Below, in pieces: positions 11,963-25,563 of a stretch of 64,000 nucleotides of DNA. The stretch is from Lingula anatina. Taxonomy: Eukaryota; Animalia; Brachiopoda. The stretch is from assembly GCA_051362555.1 (NCBI GenBank), contig CM120644.1:10376567-10440566 (forward strand), given 5' to 3'. The notes under the pieces are model-generated. The model had not been told where the DNA came from, ran no database searches, and worked only from the letters and a program-made list of their open reading frames with translations. Each line of letters begins with the position of its first letter. The first letter of the stretch is position 1. The position numbers and the translations under genes were made by a program.

Positions 11963-11992
11963 GGGGGCGGGGGGGTAGGGGGGGGTAGGGGA
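11916..11992. repeat. (TG)n followed by a long G tract (G-quadruplex-capable)
   Basis: Direct reading; lies ~185 bp after the TRIM stop codon. Confidence 0.9.
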
Positions 11993-14900
11993 GAGAAATG
12001 CTCATCATTTGAATTAGTAGAAGAACACACTTATTTATGCTTTCTTGATTAAGGCACATGTAAACAAAGTCTTGCTTCATTAGAAATAGGTCAAAATTCA
12101 CCAACAATTTAAGCTGAAATTTCTAATATTTAGATGAAAACGTTCGGATGGTTGTTTGATATTAAGGTAATGCCTGTTATTTATAAAACATATTTGGGGG
12201 AAATAACTATTTTTAATTATATTAAAGCATGTAAAATGTTGAATGTATTGTATGATTGAATACAACGCCCTCTCAATTTAGTATACACAATATATAGTTT
12301 TCCATCTAAACAAAATATAGAAATTAAAACAATGATTTCTAACAATAGCAATGCATATAATAAAAGTCACTGTGTAGGTGAAAATATTAACTTGAAATAA
12401 ATATAAAAGTATATAATCTTAATTTACTGAAAAATTAAACATTTAGTCTATTATCTGAGATTCCGCTAAACAAAAGCGTTATTGTTACTTCTTTAAAATA
12501 CAATTTGATGTTTTATAAGTAATATCAAATGAGAACTGATTATGTTTATGTTAATTGCCTTTATTAATATTATTTTGCTAAGCACAGAGACAAAAGTGGT
12601 CGCGAGCAGAATAAATTTCATTTTCCGCAATCTTTACCATTTTAATGTGGACTGTGAAGTCGACCCGGACATTATTAAACAAATAGTGCACACTCGTAAG
12701 GGGACTAGGATATACTGTATAGTGCTCAGTTAGAGAAATAGAGCGGGATCCCCGATTTCGCTCAATGGGCTCTGTGCTTCGTAGTGTCTTCAGGGCTGTG
12801 TTCTTTTAATGCTAGAAAAGTATCCGTCTAAAGAACGCTGAGATACTTCGAGAAATGAATTGGTAGGACACACAGTACATACTGTATATAATAGACTAGT
12901 GCATTGGTTTTTAAAACATTAAAAAACAGTGGCTAGAATTTATACATTTACAATACTTCCTTTTACACAACATTGCAGTGACATAAGTTGGAGAGCAAAT
13001 GCTCAATCTATCTTTAGCGCCCAAACGCGAGAGTGCAACGTACAACATGCCGTGCAGAAAACATGTTCATCATTTTGCTACATATACCCCCTTCTCGTTC
13101 ATTTAAAGGTGGAAAATAGCTTACATGGATATAATTTGAATGATGTCATTGGTTCACTTTTTCCACATTTATTTATAACACACACACACACACACACACA
13201 TAGGCACACACAGGGGTATGTTCATGTAAAGCATACTAGGGATGTAGGAACTTGGTTCAAAGGTTGTCTCATGCAGTGTCAAAAGGGGTGTTTTATATCA
13301 ACACAACCTTTTTAACAGTTTGTCTGTAATTACAAGGCAAAACAGTGAAACTAAATTGAAAATAATAGACAAGAATTAGCGAAATGAAATCTGAGTAATG
13401 TATTGAGATCTTACACTTGGTAGTATAAGGCCGGAATAGACCTACATTGCCATGTCATGAATTTAAGGCAGGTGACAACAAAAGGGTTAGCTTCATAATA
13501 TAATCCAATATAGACAGGAATTCCTTTGATGAGGCAAAAATGCGACCTTTATTGAAACAAAACCTGCGGCGTCAGAGAAGAAACTGACCGCTTACTCTTA
13601 GCCGTTTGGAAATTGACCAAAACTCCTAACATTCCATGTGTATCTTTACCAAACTGTACGTTAAAACGAGCACTCTGGTAAAAGGTGAAGGGGCTTGTTG
13701 GGCAAGCTTTGGGAATGTTGGTAACGAAACTTCAATGCCGATTTTTCAACGCAGAACATTATTTCATTTAAATCATGGAAAGAATTTTGTCAGAATCACC
13801 GCACTTTGGTAACTTCGATAAGAATTTAGTTGATTCTCAAAAAACAAAAATGAAATAAATCTCAGTGAAAAAAGAAACAAAAAATATTATTATTATTATT
13901 ATTATTATATCAACTACTATGCAAGTATACGTTCTAGTCACCATCAAAGTATAAATAAAATGAACCGAAGATGCATAATCTTTAACAATTTACTTTTTAG
14001 ACGTAAATCATTCATTGTTGACTTAAATATCTAGCCTTGTATTGTTTGTTCTAGTTCATACAAATATTGTGTATTAAAATGAAATTTCATTACAAAACTG
14101 ATGGTTTCATGAGACTATCCCGCTAGTTCTTTATGGCAATTAAAAAATTAGCCAAAGCAATGTTTAGTATTTCCTTTGCATTTTAAATAACGAGCACCAG
14201 AATTATAACTGCAATAGTATGATGTCTCTACGTTTAGCAGTGCAAACATACATGTACATGACTTTTCACTGGGGCACCTTAGCAAGGGAAAACACGCTTT
14301 CCTCTGCAGAGTGCAGTTCTATGTGGTAAAGCAATGCAATCGACGAAACGCCGACGGCATCATTATCAATATTTGATACAGATTTTCGCAGCAGGGGGGA
14401 GTCTTAGATAAAGTAGATTTTGTCTATTTTGTAGCATACGATATTTATACATCGCGAATCATTTACAACTGGTGTAGAGGCATACATGGAACTGCAGTGG
14501 GTTACAGCTGAACGGCATGTTTTGGCCACGTTATTCAGAGCTTCGTTGTTGCTTATCTTTATATTAATACACCTATTTCTCACCGAGAGGCTCGTTGCCC
14601 ATCGTGGTTAAGAGAAGACAGAAGGCTGTGCTATCAAGGAAGTCCTTTCCACTAAGTCTGCCTGTTTTGTGCATACTATTTCTTTTTTTTCATCCTATAT
14701 TTTATTCACAATGTCATTTACTATGTTCAGCAAGCACCGACCAGACACGTTCCATTTGCTCATATCATTTAATAAGATGCATATAATGACGCTTCTGTAT
14801 AAACTATCCACAATTATGTCTATTCTTCATTTAACACCCAAAACTGTGCTATTTGCATTGTTGGTGCTCCCGTGAAGGGGTAGAATACACACTCAAAACC

Positions 14901-15039
14901 TCTTAACAAGTTAAAAAGTCTACAAACAACCTTTCCTTTATCTTGTGAAACGGAGGTCTCTCTGGTCAAACTACGATATGTTTCCCATTCAGTAAACGTT
15001 AACTAAGTTTTAGTATCCAATGAATAACAACAGTAACAG

Positions 15040-15212
15040 CCGCACACGTGATCTATCAGAAAGAGCAACACCCACCTACGCACGGTAATCACCCTGGACA
15101 CTAATGGGCTTAACTTCTGGTTTCGGGGCACAGGTGACTTAGTTTTGTGCTCAATGAAGTTCTAAGCTGAACCCTGACTGGTAACATTGGCCGCAGGAGA
15201 TTCGAACCTGTG
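15040..15212 (-). mobile_element. tRNA-derived SINE fragment
   Basis: Minus-strand B-box CAGGTTCGAATCTCCTG followed by a non-tRNA body; no cloverleaf. Confidence 0.4.
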
Positions 15213-18200
15213 TTGTATTAGGTCGTTGGTCAATACCCGAAGTTGTTCAATTTCCTGGGTCACTTGGGGTCAAAATATCACGACAAACCTGAAAACAGAG
15301 GTGCACGCTCACACAACTGTGTAAACTACTTTGAGATTGTTTATATTTCGTGGCATTTGTGTCTTGGAACCACAAAGTGATTTTTTGGAGGGAGAAAGCA
15401 CTTCGGTACCAGCTGAGCATGATACAAAAAGGTCGCTGAAGACAAGCGTTTTACCACAAAGATATACACGCGGAGATGCCGCAATGAGGAAGGTAGGTTG
15501 CATGTTTCCCTGAATATCTCCAGCCGTTATTGTACACCAACTATTGACTGTTAAACAGTTGTATTATTAGTCTACTTAACACATTTAGTTTCTTTCTTAT
15601 CAGTACTAGTATTAGCGTAAACTTGGGGATGTTTACGCCATCTGTGGTGCTTCTGGTTATAGAAATTAACACGTACATTATTCAAATCGTTCAGATTGGA
15701 ACGCTCTATTCTATCACTAGACAAGCATATATTATATTAGTGTACTTACCTTTATCCGTCTTTTTGTCAGAAAAGAAAACGTCATTCTTATAACTATAAG
15801 CAGCTGGGCATGGATCACGTAATTTACATAACGTTGTTCCCTGAATGGTTTATTAAATAACGTATACCCAGTAACAATATCTATCGAAACATTTGGTCGT
15901 GGGAAATACAGTTGATAAAATACGTACTGATAGGTTCATTATTTCTACAGAAAACCATTCATCTGTTATGCAAAATTAAAGGGCACGCCAAATATAATAC
16001 CGCTGAAAGACATGCAGTCTTTTTTTACCTCTATACGGAACGCATGGGCTGGAGGATTCTGTGTACTTTATAGGAAACTGTCTCACGAATTATAATGTTA
16101 TTTTACCGAATGTTTGTTAAGAATAACGCCTCTCTGTCGCAACGCAAAAGGAAACCTATAATCAAATTTGATGCAGTCGATTAAGAATTGATTCCAATGA
16201 CAATTCAGGTATTTCTATGAGAAGTTGACATGTGCAATACATCGTTTTGTGCTCTATCTGACATCATAATTTCGCAGCACATCACCACTCATTGTAGACG
16301 TGAAATCAGCGTGAGAGCGTTCAAGATGGAGATGATAAAACGTTTCACCTCACCTCATCGGGTACTGACTTTAATTGTCGATTTAGTTAAATGTCAGTGT
16401 TAATACTGATACTTCAATGCTAATTGGTTTTAAGCAAGAAATGGGCATTATCGGCGCTGGAGCGTGTCTGCGTGGTCTTGATTTCTAAGATAAGAGGAGA
16501 CAAAGCGTCTGATCTCGGCGTATGGGTACAGTTGAAAAACCAGGTGAAAGTATGATCAAGATGAATGTCTTACCTTGTTGCTTAAGTTGCCGCGTTGACG
16601 TACAATTTGTTCAATTTCTTTGGACATTTTCATCATGCGCATAATCTAATAAAGTCCATGGTTAAAGGCAAGTGATATTTTAAGCGTTGCTAGTGCATGT
16701 GTTCTCATGTTCTCCTACATTTTACTAGCTGTTCTGGTTGTATTAAGGTTGTGCCCAGGTCAATTTCCGAGTGTAACAGGGATTCAAGAGGGCAATACCG
16801 CGGTCCTTTGGCTGAAGTAAAGCTAATTTTGTAACACCTCCGTGAGATTTGTTGAGATTAACCCATAGTGCTACTTGAATCGTGCTTGGATCGAAGTGAG
16901 TTTTTATTTTTGTCAAATGAAGAATTAACAGTGGTTTCATCGTGCGGTGCTCTGTTTAGACGTGAATGCGAAACGCACCAAGCAAACTATATATGCATGT
17001 AACATCAATGGCGACTACGTCGCCGTGGCTGTGACACTGTAAGGGAATTGCACACTCTAAATACTAACGCAATACCAAAAACCGGAGGCACATGTAGTTG
17101 AATAGTCTGTTATCGGATAAGAAATATATAATATTCCTTGTGATACAATAACTATACACGAAGGGGGAAAGCACCTAAGACAGTTCAGAATTATCCAAGA
17201 CCATACTAACGATTTGCAATGCTGAGAGTACATATAATTCTATTTTGGAGGGTGGAACGTTTTTATAGGTTAATATTATTAAGCTTCAGTTTACTTTACT
17301 TTGTACAAAGTCGTTTCGATTGCACTGACCCCTACGGCTTGCTACTGCATGTCGAAGAAAAGAGATCTAGAATTCACTACCGGGTAATGTTCGCAATAAG
17401 AAACCAGTGTCTACTAGCTGAAACCGGGGAAAACGGTCTACATTCTGAAGTGTGCTTATAAAGCTGGTACTTCACTAATTAGTTTACTGACAACTGAAGT
17501 TGTTGTTTTGAAAGGGTCAAGCAGTGAAAAGAAAGGGTAGCTTTTCTAATTGTCTACCATCGTAAATCCACTGGCACGTATTTACATACTTGGTCACATT
17601 TACTTGAGACTTGTGCAACTGTCGCTCACATGTATAAAATTATAGGAACTGAGATGTACATAGAGTAGGTGTGACGCCTGGAAAAACATTGAAAGCAGTT
17701 GCACTTGTGAATCACAATTATAATAATAATTCAAAACCATACACATACGTCAGTTGAAATGAACATGATATTTCACGCCTAATTGACTATGGATATACAC
17801 ACCAGGTGCTGTGATTTTCTGAATTACAGCAATCTGCTAATAGTTTGGCAAATATGACAAGCAGTTGCATCTACGAAACAAATGACAAATATCTAGACGA
17901 TGTTAATGGTAACGTTTTAACCACGTATAACCGACCATGTACGCCCATTTATGAAACGTAAGAACATTTTTGTAACACTTACACAGCGATAATTAAGCTT
18001 TACATGAACCTGGCATTCGTAAATACACGACCAGAATGATTTGATAGAGGGCTTTGGTCCAGTTTTGTGTTTCCATTGCCTGGTACAGCACATTGGCGGG
18101 ATGCTCGCTGATCCTCATCGGATTCACCTCGTTAGTAGCGCATGTCGTATTATGATATATGATCCTCCCCGCTGCATTCATCCACGGGACGGACAGCTGA

Positions 18201-19117
18201 TGCTCGTATCCATCAAGATTGGAAAAATTGGCGCAAAATGCTCATCATGAACCGGGATCCCAGTAACGTTCACACTTGGCATAAGCTAAAATCATTTCGG
18301 CCTGTTCTGCAACCTGGGGTGTTTTAAACGTGCAAAGCAACCTGAGGAGGTCATATATAGAATTTCGTATAACATTAATGCGACAATCAACAATAAAAAT
18401 AATGAAGGAATACATGAATAAATAAATAAAAAAATAAATAAATAAATAAATAAATTGTTGAATTCAATGATAGCCTAAAGGTGTGGCGCCAGACAAAATG
18501 GGCAAAGATTGACTAAAGGACGCCACGTCCATAGTCACTGAAGAAAACTTTGAAGCAATTAACAAAGCCGAACATTTCCGGGGAAAAGTGTAGTCTTATA
18601 TAACACCAATTACCTTGATCGATTTTGGATGGACAAAATGAAGTTTGATGTAAAAAGTGTTCAGAATAAAGTTATAAGTGCCTACAACTTAGATATTTTA
18701 GCAACAAACATATACATCAATAACATCTGCCCCATACTCCTCTAAACCGAATAACTTGAACGGCAACCTGATAGGTAAATAGTGCAAATTAGACAACAAA
18801 ATACATTTTCTCCTTGCAGACGCTTGGATTGGGCGTACGTCAGCTGCGGGATATGTCTTTAAATTACTTTGATCTCGGCAAGCGCTCACTACGGTATTTA
18901 CACATGTCAGATTAAGAGTTTGAGAGCAGGGCTGGAACGTGGCGTAAAATTGGTGGTGGATAGCTCTCATAATTAGCGGGCTTGTTTATAAATATTGCGC
19001 TTCTGAAGGGGAATAAGGTAAAAAGACGAATTGAGTGGATCTTTAAATATCAAATTAAATTGATATGAAAGAGACAAGTCAAGGGTAAACATTTTAATTA
19101 TATTATATGTATCGAAT

Positions 19118-19187
19118 TATTATTCCAGCGATGAAATGTGTGTGTATGTGTGTTCTTGGACGTTTTGTATCAGCTGACGCAAGTTTT
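19118..19187 (+). repeat. 70-bp direct repeat, copy 1
   Basis: tattattccagcgatgaAatgtgtgtg..gacgcaagtttt matches 20893-20962 at 69 of 70 positions. Confidence 0.95.
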
Positions 19188-19510
19188 GTGGATGAGGTTA
19201 TAAATAACTATGGCGACATTTTATGTTAGGCGTCTTTTCGTCAAAGTAGCAGTGATTGTATCTCTTCGACATGTTAAGAGGAAGCAACACACTTGAATCC
19301 ACATAGATAAAAAAGTTATTTCAGAAAACTGGGAGGTCTCGCCCTTGTTATCGATGTGAATTATTTTGGTCAATCATTTATCTTGACCGGTGCTTCAAAC
19401 TGACACCTTTCAGCTTCTACTTACATACCGACCATTCATCTTCAAGTGCCACTGGGTTAACTAAGGATACCTAGAGTGTGCAAGATTCAATAGGTCACCT
19501 CATACACAAA

Positions 19511-19594
19511 TAATTTAATTTAATTTAATTTAATTTAATTTAATTTAATTTAATTTAATTTAATTTAATTTGATTTAATTCAATTTAATTTAAT
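19511..19594. repeat. (TTTAA)n pentanucleotide repeat
   Basis: Direct reading. Confidence 0.95.
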
Positions 19595-20169
19595 CTGATT
19601 TACGTCCATACACAGGTGGTCTTTCATCGCTTTTTGATTGTTCCCCAAATTTCCACTGTTAACTAATTTTCGTGTTTTGTTAACCTGAAGTGGCAGAGGC
19701 AGTAGAAATCTGAAAAAAATTTAAGATGTGCCACGATGTCGTTGTTATGGCTTTGTAAACTGTGCTCAAATGAAGTGATTTTGGTGAAAATGATATAACC
19801 ACAAGATTACAGAAGCAGCATTACACTGTAAGACAGTTCCTTTAGACACAGTAATCGATCTGATAATGTCTATGACACGCTGCTTCCCACAGTTCGTGCA
19901 CAGCATACCCGACTACTTGTTTGCGAATATCAAAACCTTCTGTGCAGGCATTGCCTAAGTATGGTGCCATTTTACAGAACCGTGCATTGTCATAGTTAAA
20001 AACATCATTTAATAGGCACTGTTACACCTGACTAAACGTATAAAAACTATTTATATATATTGTTTTAATATATTTGTTTCATACAGTATTTTTGCAAAAA
20101 ACAGTATTATATTTTTCAGTAACATGTGTGCCCTCCCCTGGTTGAAATATAAGCCTGTACCCTCTTCCT

Positions 20170-20600
20170 ACGAAACCTCGAATGCGGACCTGAGGCCACC
20201 TTTTTCCATTCTTTCACCACTGATGCTTTTAACTCTATGGTGGTGGTAGGCTGGGGCTGGTAGATATGAAATCGCCTGTCCAATTCACCCAAAGCATGTT
20301 TAATGGTCTAGATCTAGATTGTAGATTCTGGCCATGGAAGAGTCTGGATCTGTTCCTGCCGCAATTTCACCTGTGCTAGCGTGGCAGTATGACGACGGGC
20401 ATTGCCTTGCAGGAGCACAGATTGTATAACCCTAGGACTTCACCTCTGCACCACAGGCCAGTCAGGCTTCCACTAATCACCGCCATCCCCGTGAGTTCTA
20501 TCTTGAAATTACCACTTACGCCCTCCCAAACCATAACAGTGTGTCAATGACAATGAACGATTGCATGACCCCTGACCAGATCAGACAACCAACCGTGGCT
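20170..20600 (-). mobile_element. Decayed Tc1/mariner transposase remnant (DD34E-type catalytic region)
   Basis: The minus strand reads TVMVWEGVSGNFKIEL and LLQGNARRHTATLAQVKLRQEQIQTLPWPEST..IKHALGELDRR. Compare Tc1 QQDNARPHTA..LPWPAxSPDLNPIEHxWDELDRR. Confidence 0.85.
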
Positions 20601-20892
20601 GAATGTTTATATGGAATTCAGTCTCTCAAACTTGGTTTTCTGATTCCAGTGACCACTAGTATTAATTAAGATAATTAATTCCTGCAAATTCTTTTCCCAA
20701 TTTGCGATCACCATATTTTTGAAAATTTAAGGCTATCCATTGCCTGAAATGACGCAAGCGTATCAGCACTCTAATGAAGAAATGAGAAGTTGGTCTGTCA
20801 ATGTATACAGTGACAAGACCAACATGTACATTTTGGTCACTTTAAATCACTGAGGTCAAAACAAAAACTTGCGTTTCTATTTGTAGCCAATA

Positions 20893-20962
20893 TATTATTC
20901 CAGCGATGACATGTGTGTGTATGTGTGTTCTTGGACGTTTTGTATCAGCTGACGCAAGTTTT
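20893..20962 (+). repeat. 70-bp direct repeat, copy 2
   Basis: tattattccagcgatgaCatgtgtgtg..gacgcaagtttt matches 19118-19187. Confidence 0.95.
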
Positions 20963-23733
20963 CTGTACCGTGTTGAATCAAGGTGATTAATGTAAACCCA
21001 TATAAGCACAGGGTAGTTACCATACCGCGTACAAAACTGTACATTCTAACGTTACCATGCATGAAAAAAATGTAAGTGTACAAATATATTCAACGAAAGT
21101 GCAAAAGCATTTATGAAGATGACTTCAAAATGAGAAAGTGGGTTTCCTGATTCAGCCAGTATTCCTTTGTTATTTATGTAATGACTTAAAATAATTCTTA
21201 GATGGAATGCGCCATTTGAAAATCGATTTTTATTTTATTTTTAAAAACTGTCTGGAGGCGCTGTTCTGTAATGACATCACTTCAATACGTTGGTCTATTG
21301 GAACCCCCACCTCTAACCCAAAGTTCAAGAAATCTTGACAAACAAAATGGTAATGTTTATACAGGCTTCTGGTACAAACGCACTTCAAAGGGATATTTAT
21401 TTGATTTTCAGAGAGGAGATCGTTCGGGGTACGTGCATTCGAGGAAACAGTTTTTCCTTCCATTGCTAATCTGGTGTGAAAACAGCGTTCATAGTTCATG
21501 TAATTTCACGCTATTTTTCCAATGAAGCTAGAGTCGTAAACGAAGCGTTACTAAGTTGCAATAATTTCAACGGTAATGATACACAAAGTCACACCCCTTT
21601 CATGACCTTGTCTTTTCTAATGCATCAAAATGTGAACGCGACATTAGCTCGTCAGCTTTTTCTATAGGATTTTATTTTTATTATATATCTATATCTACAT
21701 AATTATTGCGCCCGTTCTGCGAACTAAGTTTATGATTAAAGGCGTCGTGAACGTAGCAATATACACGTATTCCTAAGCAGTATCATAAGTTGTTCTTCTG
21801 TATATTGCTTAAAGTTTTCATAATGCTTGTTCATAATATTCACATTTTCATAATATTCACCTTGATTGTTTACATTTCCACGTGTCACTTACTTTGACCT
21901 TCTCTTTGTTTTCCTACAAATCACTATTTTCAAACAAGGTACACGTGTAACCATAGACTTGGTGTATAACATTAGGTGCGCAGTATCGAGCATGTGAAGG
22001 GGAACACTTCCAGAGTTTACAATCGATCTTAGGCTTGCCTTAGGCCGGTTTACACTGATTGTTCCCCCTTTCCATAACCTTTGCCTTTTACGTTTGTTTA
22101 TGCACACGTAGGTCTTGACAAGTCTGTGTTGAATAGTTTGCAGCATCATGTAATTTTAGCTATAGCAAAACATTACAAGGCATGTGTTTGATAACATTAG
22201 TAATATTTATCATACCGAATCGAAAGGTTATAGAAACGTTTTGGTTTACCAAGCATATGTTGCACAATTCTCCCCATTAGCTCGGTAATTTTTTTTTTCT
22301 GTTCTAATTTTCGACCTGTGTAAAACTTGCATGTAACGACAGAGTGAGGCCTATACGTGAGATCTAAGTCACAATAATGCTAAAGTACAAAATGCGTGGG
22401 CGTCTCCTGTAGGAAACGACCTAGGGATAACTGCTTTCACCGATTTGTGCCAATATTCACAATTCAAATACATAGCGTTTGATAGTGTTATTCCTACGCA
22501 GAAAAAATAACCGACCTTTCCTGTACTCAGTTATTATTAAAAAAAATTCTTGTAACTTATCGTGTCCTTTCTGTCTTGCACTGAACCCTTGGATATCAAA
22601 GCTTCAGTCTGTATATTGTGCATGACGAACTTGTCTAAGTACTGTGTATCAAAGGGCATGTTTAGTAACATTTCTAGCGTGCTTATACTCAGGTATGGGT
22701 ATATTTAGATTCATCTAAGGTCATGGCAGACTGGGACTTGTTCACTTCCCTCGTCGTCGCCGTTTGCTTGTAAACAGAAGTTTTTTTTTCTATCAAACAA
22801 ATCATTTTAATGACTCTGTCCAGCTATTCAAACCCTTAGCTGCATACACGGATAAGCGAAAAATAAAAATGCCCTAGACCAATATCGTTCCGTTGCTATT
22901 TTATCTAAATTATCAGACATATATTTAAGTTCCTCCGGGGTTGTATTTGAAAAGTCACACCGCCAGTGTTTAGTAAATCTAAAGAAGGTATAAATGTTTG
23001 GTTGCGCACGGGGTCAATTTAGGCCGATTACGTCACGCTTATGCATCACCTTGGTTGTTTGGGCGTATTTCGTATACTTCAAGGTCTCGTCCTGGCTTAA
23101 ATAAACATTTAAGACACAGTTTATAATCATTCGTGACGACAGGCACAAAATAAAGTAAATGCGCAATTCCATTCCATGTCCAGTTATAACACGGTCGTGT
23201 TGATGTATAATCATAAGTTAGACCCATATATCATTTGATGTTAGTCTTAAATTATAGTTTTAATAGCTATTGGCCTAGGTACATGAATCCCCCCCCCCCC
23301 CCCCAATAAAATAAAATAAAATAAAATCTTTCCGGTTTTCCTTTTTTTTCTGAGAAACATTATATGCACAACAAAAAGGATATGTTCAAATATATCATTA
23401 TGTTAAATTTAACTGGCGCGAGAGAAAATGAAGATGTGGAGATCATTTTCCCCAAACATGAATCATCGCTGATAACGAAAACGGCAATAAAGTTTCACTT
23501 CGCAGAATGAAACGGTTGATTTCAGAAGTTAATCAAAATGTGGAAGGACGTAGATCTAGAGTTAAGATACCAAACACTCATGACATACGTACATGTACAT
23601 GTACACCTTATCTGTGAATGTGGTCTTCTCTGGGGTGAAACTTGTACGGCTTTCACTATAACATCAATCATCGCTGAAAGGTGCGAAAGGGATCTCAGCA
23701 GTTTAATTAAAGAGACCACGCACGGGTCCTTAC

Positions 23734-23964
23734 CTGTGCACGAGCACGTCATAGGAGCTGATCAAGTCTTTGAGGTGTGAACCGCTAATGCATTTAACCA
23801 AAGATTTCTGCCAAAACTCGTTATTAGTGCTAATGAAAGAAAACCCGGAAACACCTGGCAGTGTACTTGATCTCTGTCCCGCCTCTGCGCACGTGGAGTG
23901 TCTGCGCTTTGGTTTGATATACGAAGTACCTTTACTAAATGTAAATACAGTGTGACTTTTTATA
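23734..23964 (-). promoter_or_regulatory. Minus-strand TATA/Inr promoter and non-coding first exon
   Basis: On the minus strand: TATAAAAA (23957-23964), TTAGT initiator with A at 23936 (28 bp downstream), and strong donor CAG|GTAAGG at 23734/23733. Confidence 0.55.
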
Positions 23965-25344
23965 TGAATAACCAAAACACACTTGCGCTATGACAACTTA
24001 TTTACATTAGTCTAAGTGATCAAGTTATTCCCGTGTTTTTGAAGAAATGTTTCCACTATAATTAATAAAATAGCCGGAATCACAAATGAACTGCGCAGCT
24101 AGTAGACCACCCAAATAGCACCTATATAACGAACTATCCATGTTCATATCTGATGGTCTGGATGAAAAATATATGTATTTATTCATTTATTCATTTATTT
24201 ATTTATTCATTCATTCCCATCTCAGTGGTGAAAAACAGAGTACATACATAGTGATCTGCACTACACAATATTGCTCAGCCTAGTATAAAGTAATATAATA
24301 GATAATTATGTAACCATATCCAGTGTGTAACCTCTTCCTGCTTTCCAGTACTTCTTTAAGTGGACTTGTATTTGCTTAAAGCAATAATAACTCTTCCTTT
24401 GTGATTCAAAATTCCACAAGAAATACATTCTAAACAACACACGGAAATATATTATATTGCATTTCACCACTAAAACGGCTGTTATTGTAGTAAAACTAAA
24501 AACTGTGCTTGTCAATAGGGCTTTCGATGCCTTTTTTCCCGGTCACCAAGGCATTCGTTGCCAAGGATTTTGGCGCATCACGCGGATTCTCGCGTGCAGT
24601 CGAGACCAAAATAACACAGGCGCATGACACAATCCTCAGACGTAAGTTGCGAGTTTTTGTACAGTGTGTCGGACAACGAAAAGCCCAGAACTGCACACGT
24701 TGTGAATATGAGCAATGAAGATGATTATATCGTATGAATCTTATTTTATTGCAATAAAGTGTTGTTGTTGTCTGCTTTTCCCGCGATTTTAAGTAGGTCA
24801 TCAGAAAACCCCGCTCGATATGCTATGTTAGAGAGGGCTCCGTCAGTTAAAATCGCTTAAGAGATTTTAACAAAAAACCGTACGTTTAGGAAAAAAACCC
24901 TGGATTAACTTTGAATGCAGGAATGGTGTCGCTGACCATTGGTGAGTACGGGAAAATTGCCGTTTACTCCAGGAAAATCCAATTTTTGGCCAAAACGAAG
25001 AGTTATTATGACTTTAATATAAACAACATACGGTTTGCTATATGTATGCCTGTACTTTTTTTGTATATCTGTCTGTAAAACCGTTAGGAAACTAACCATT
25101 GGAAGGAGAGAGGGTGATAAAATGAACTGAGTTGTAAATTGATTTGAAACATTAAAATTTTGTCTATTAATTTAAATAGTACAGGGATATGTCGGGTGCT
25201 CGATGTCAAGTCACACAAAACCATGTCAGAGAAACATTTAAGCCTGGAATAGGCAGATGGTTTTAACTCGTAGGGCAGCCGAAATACTAGTCGGTATAGC
25301 ACCGAGGCGTATACCGACCAGTTCGTACTACGATGTCTAGATAA

Positions 25345-25452
25345 CCCAGCAGTCACGTCACGTTCGAATCACGTGGCTAGCATGTTGCTATGACGTCATA
25401 ATGCTGTAGCAACGTGCTAGCCACGTGATCAGAGAGTGACGTGTTTGCTGGG
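25345..25452. mobile_element. 108-bp foldback MITE (CCCAGC termini, 2-bp AA flanks; EnSpm/CACTA-like non-autonomous)
   Basis: CCCAGCAGTCACGTCAC..ATCACGTGGCTAGCATGTTGCTA pairs with TAGCAACGTGCTAGCCACGTGAT..GTGACGTGTTTGCTGGG. AA flanks both sides. Confidence 0.75.
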
Positions 25453-25563
25453 AAGCACATCTATGGCGACGAACACTGACAACACTCTTGTGTACCACTT
25501 CGTTTTCCGGAATAAATAGCCGCAGCCTTTGGTTCAGAGGAAATGGCAATTTTAATATACTGA

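Noticed and set aside
15195-15212. tRNA gene suggested by a GGTTCGAATC B-box
   Set aside because: No A-box or cloverleaf; better explained as a SINE head.
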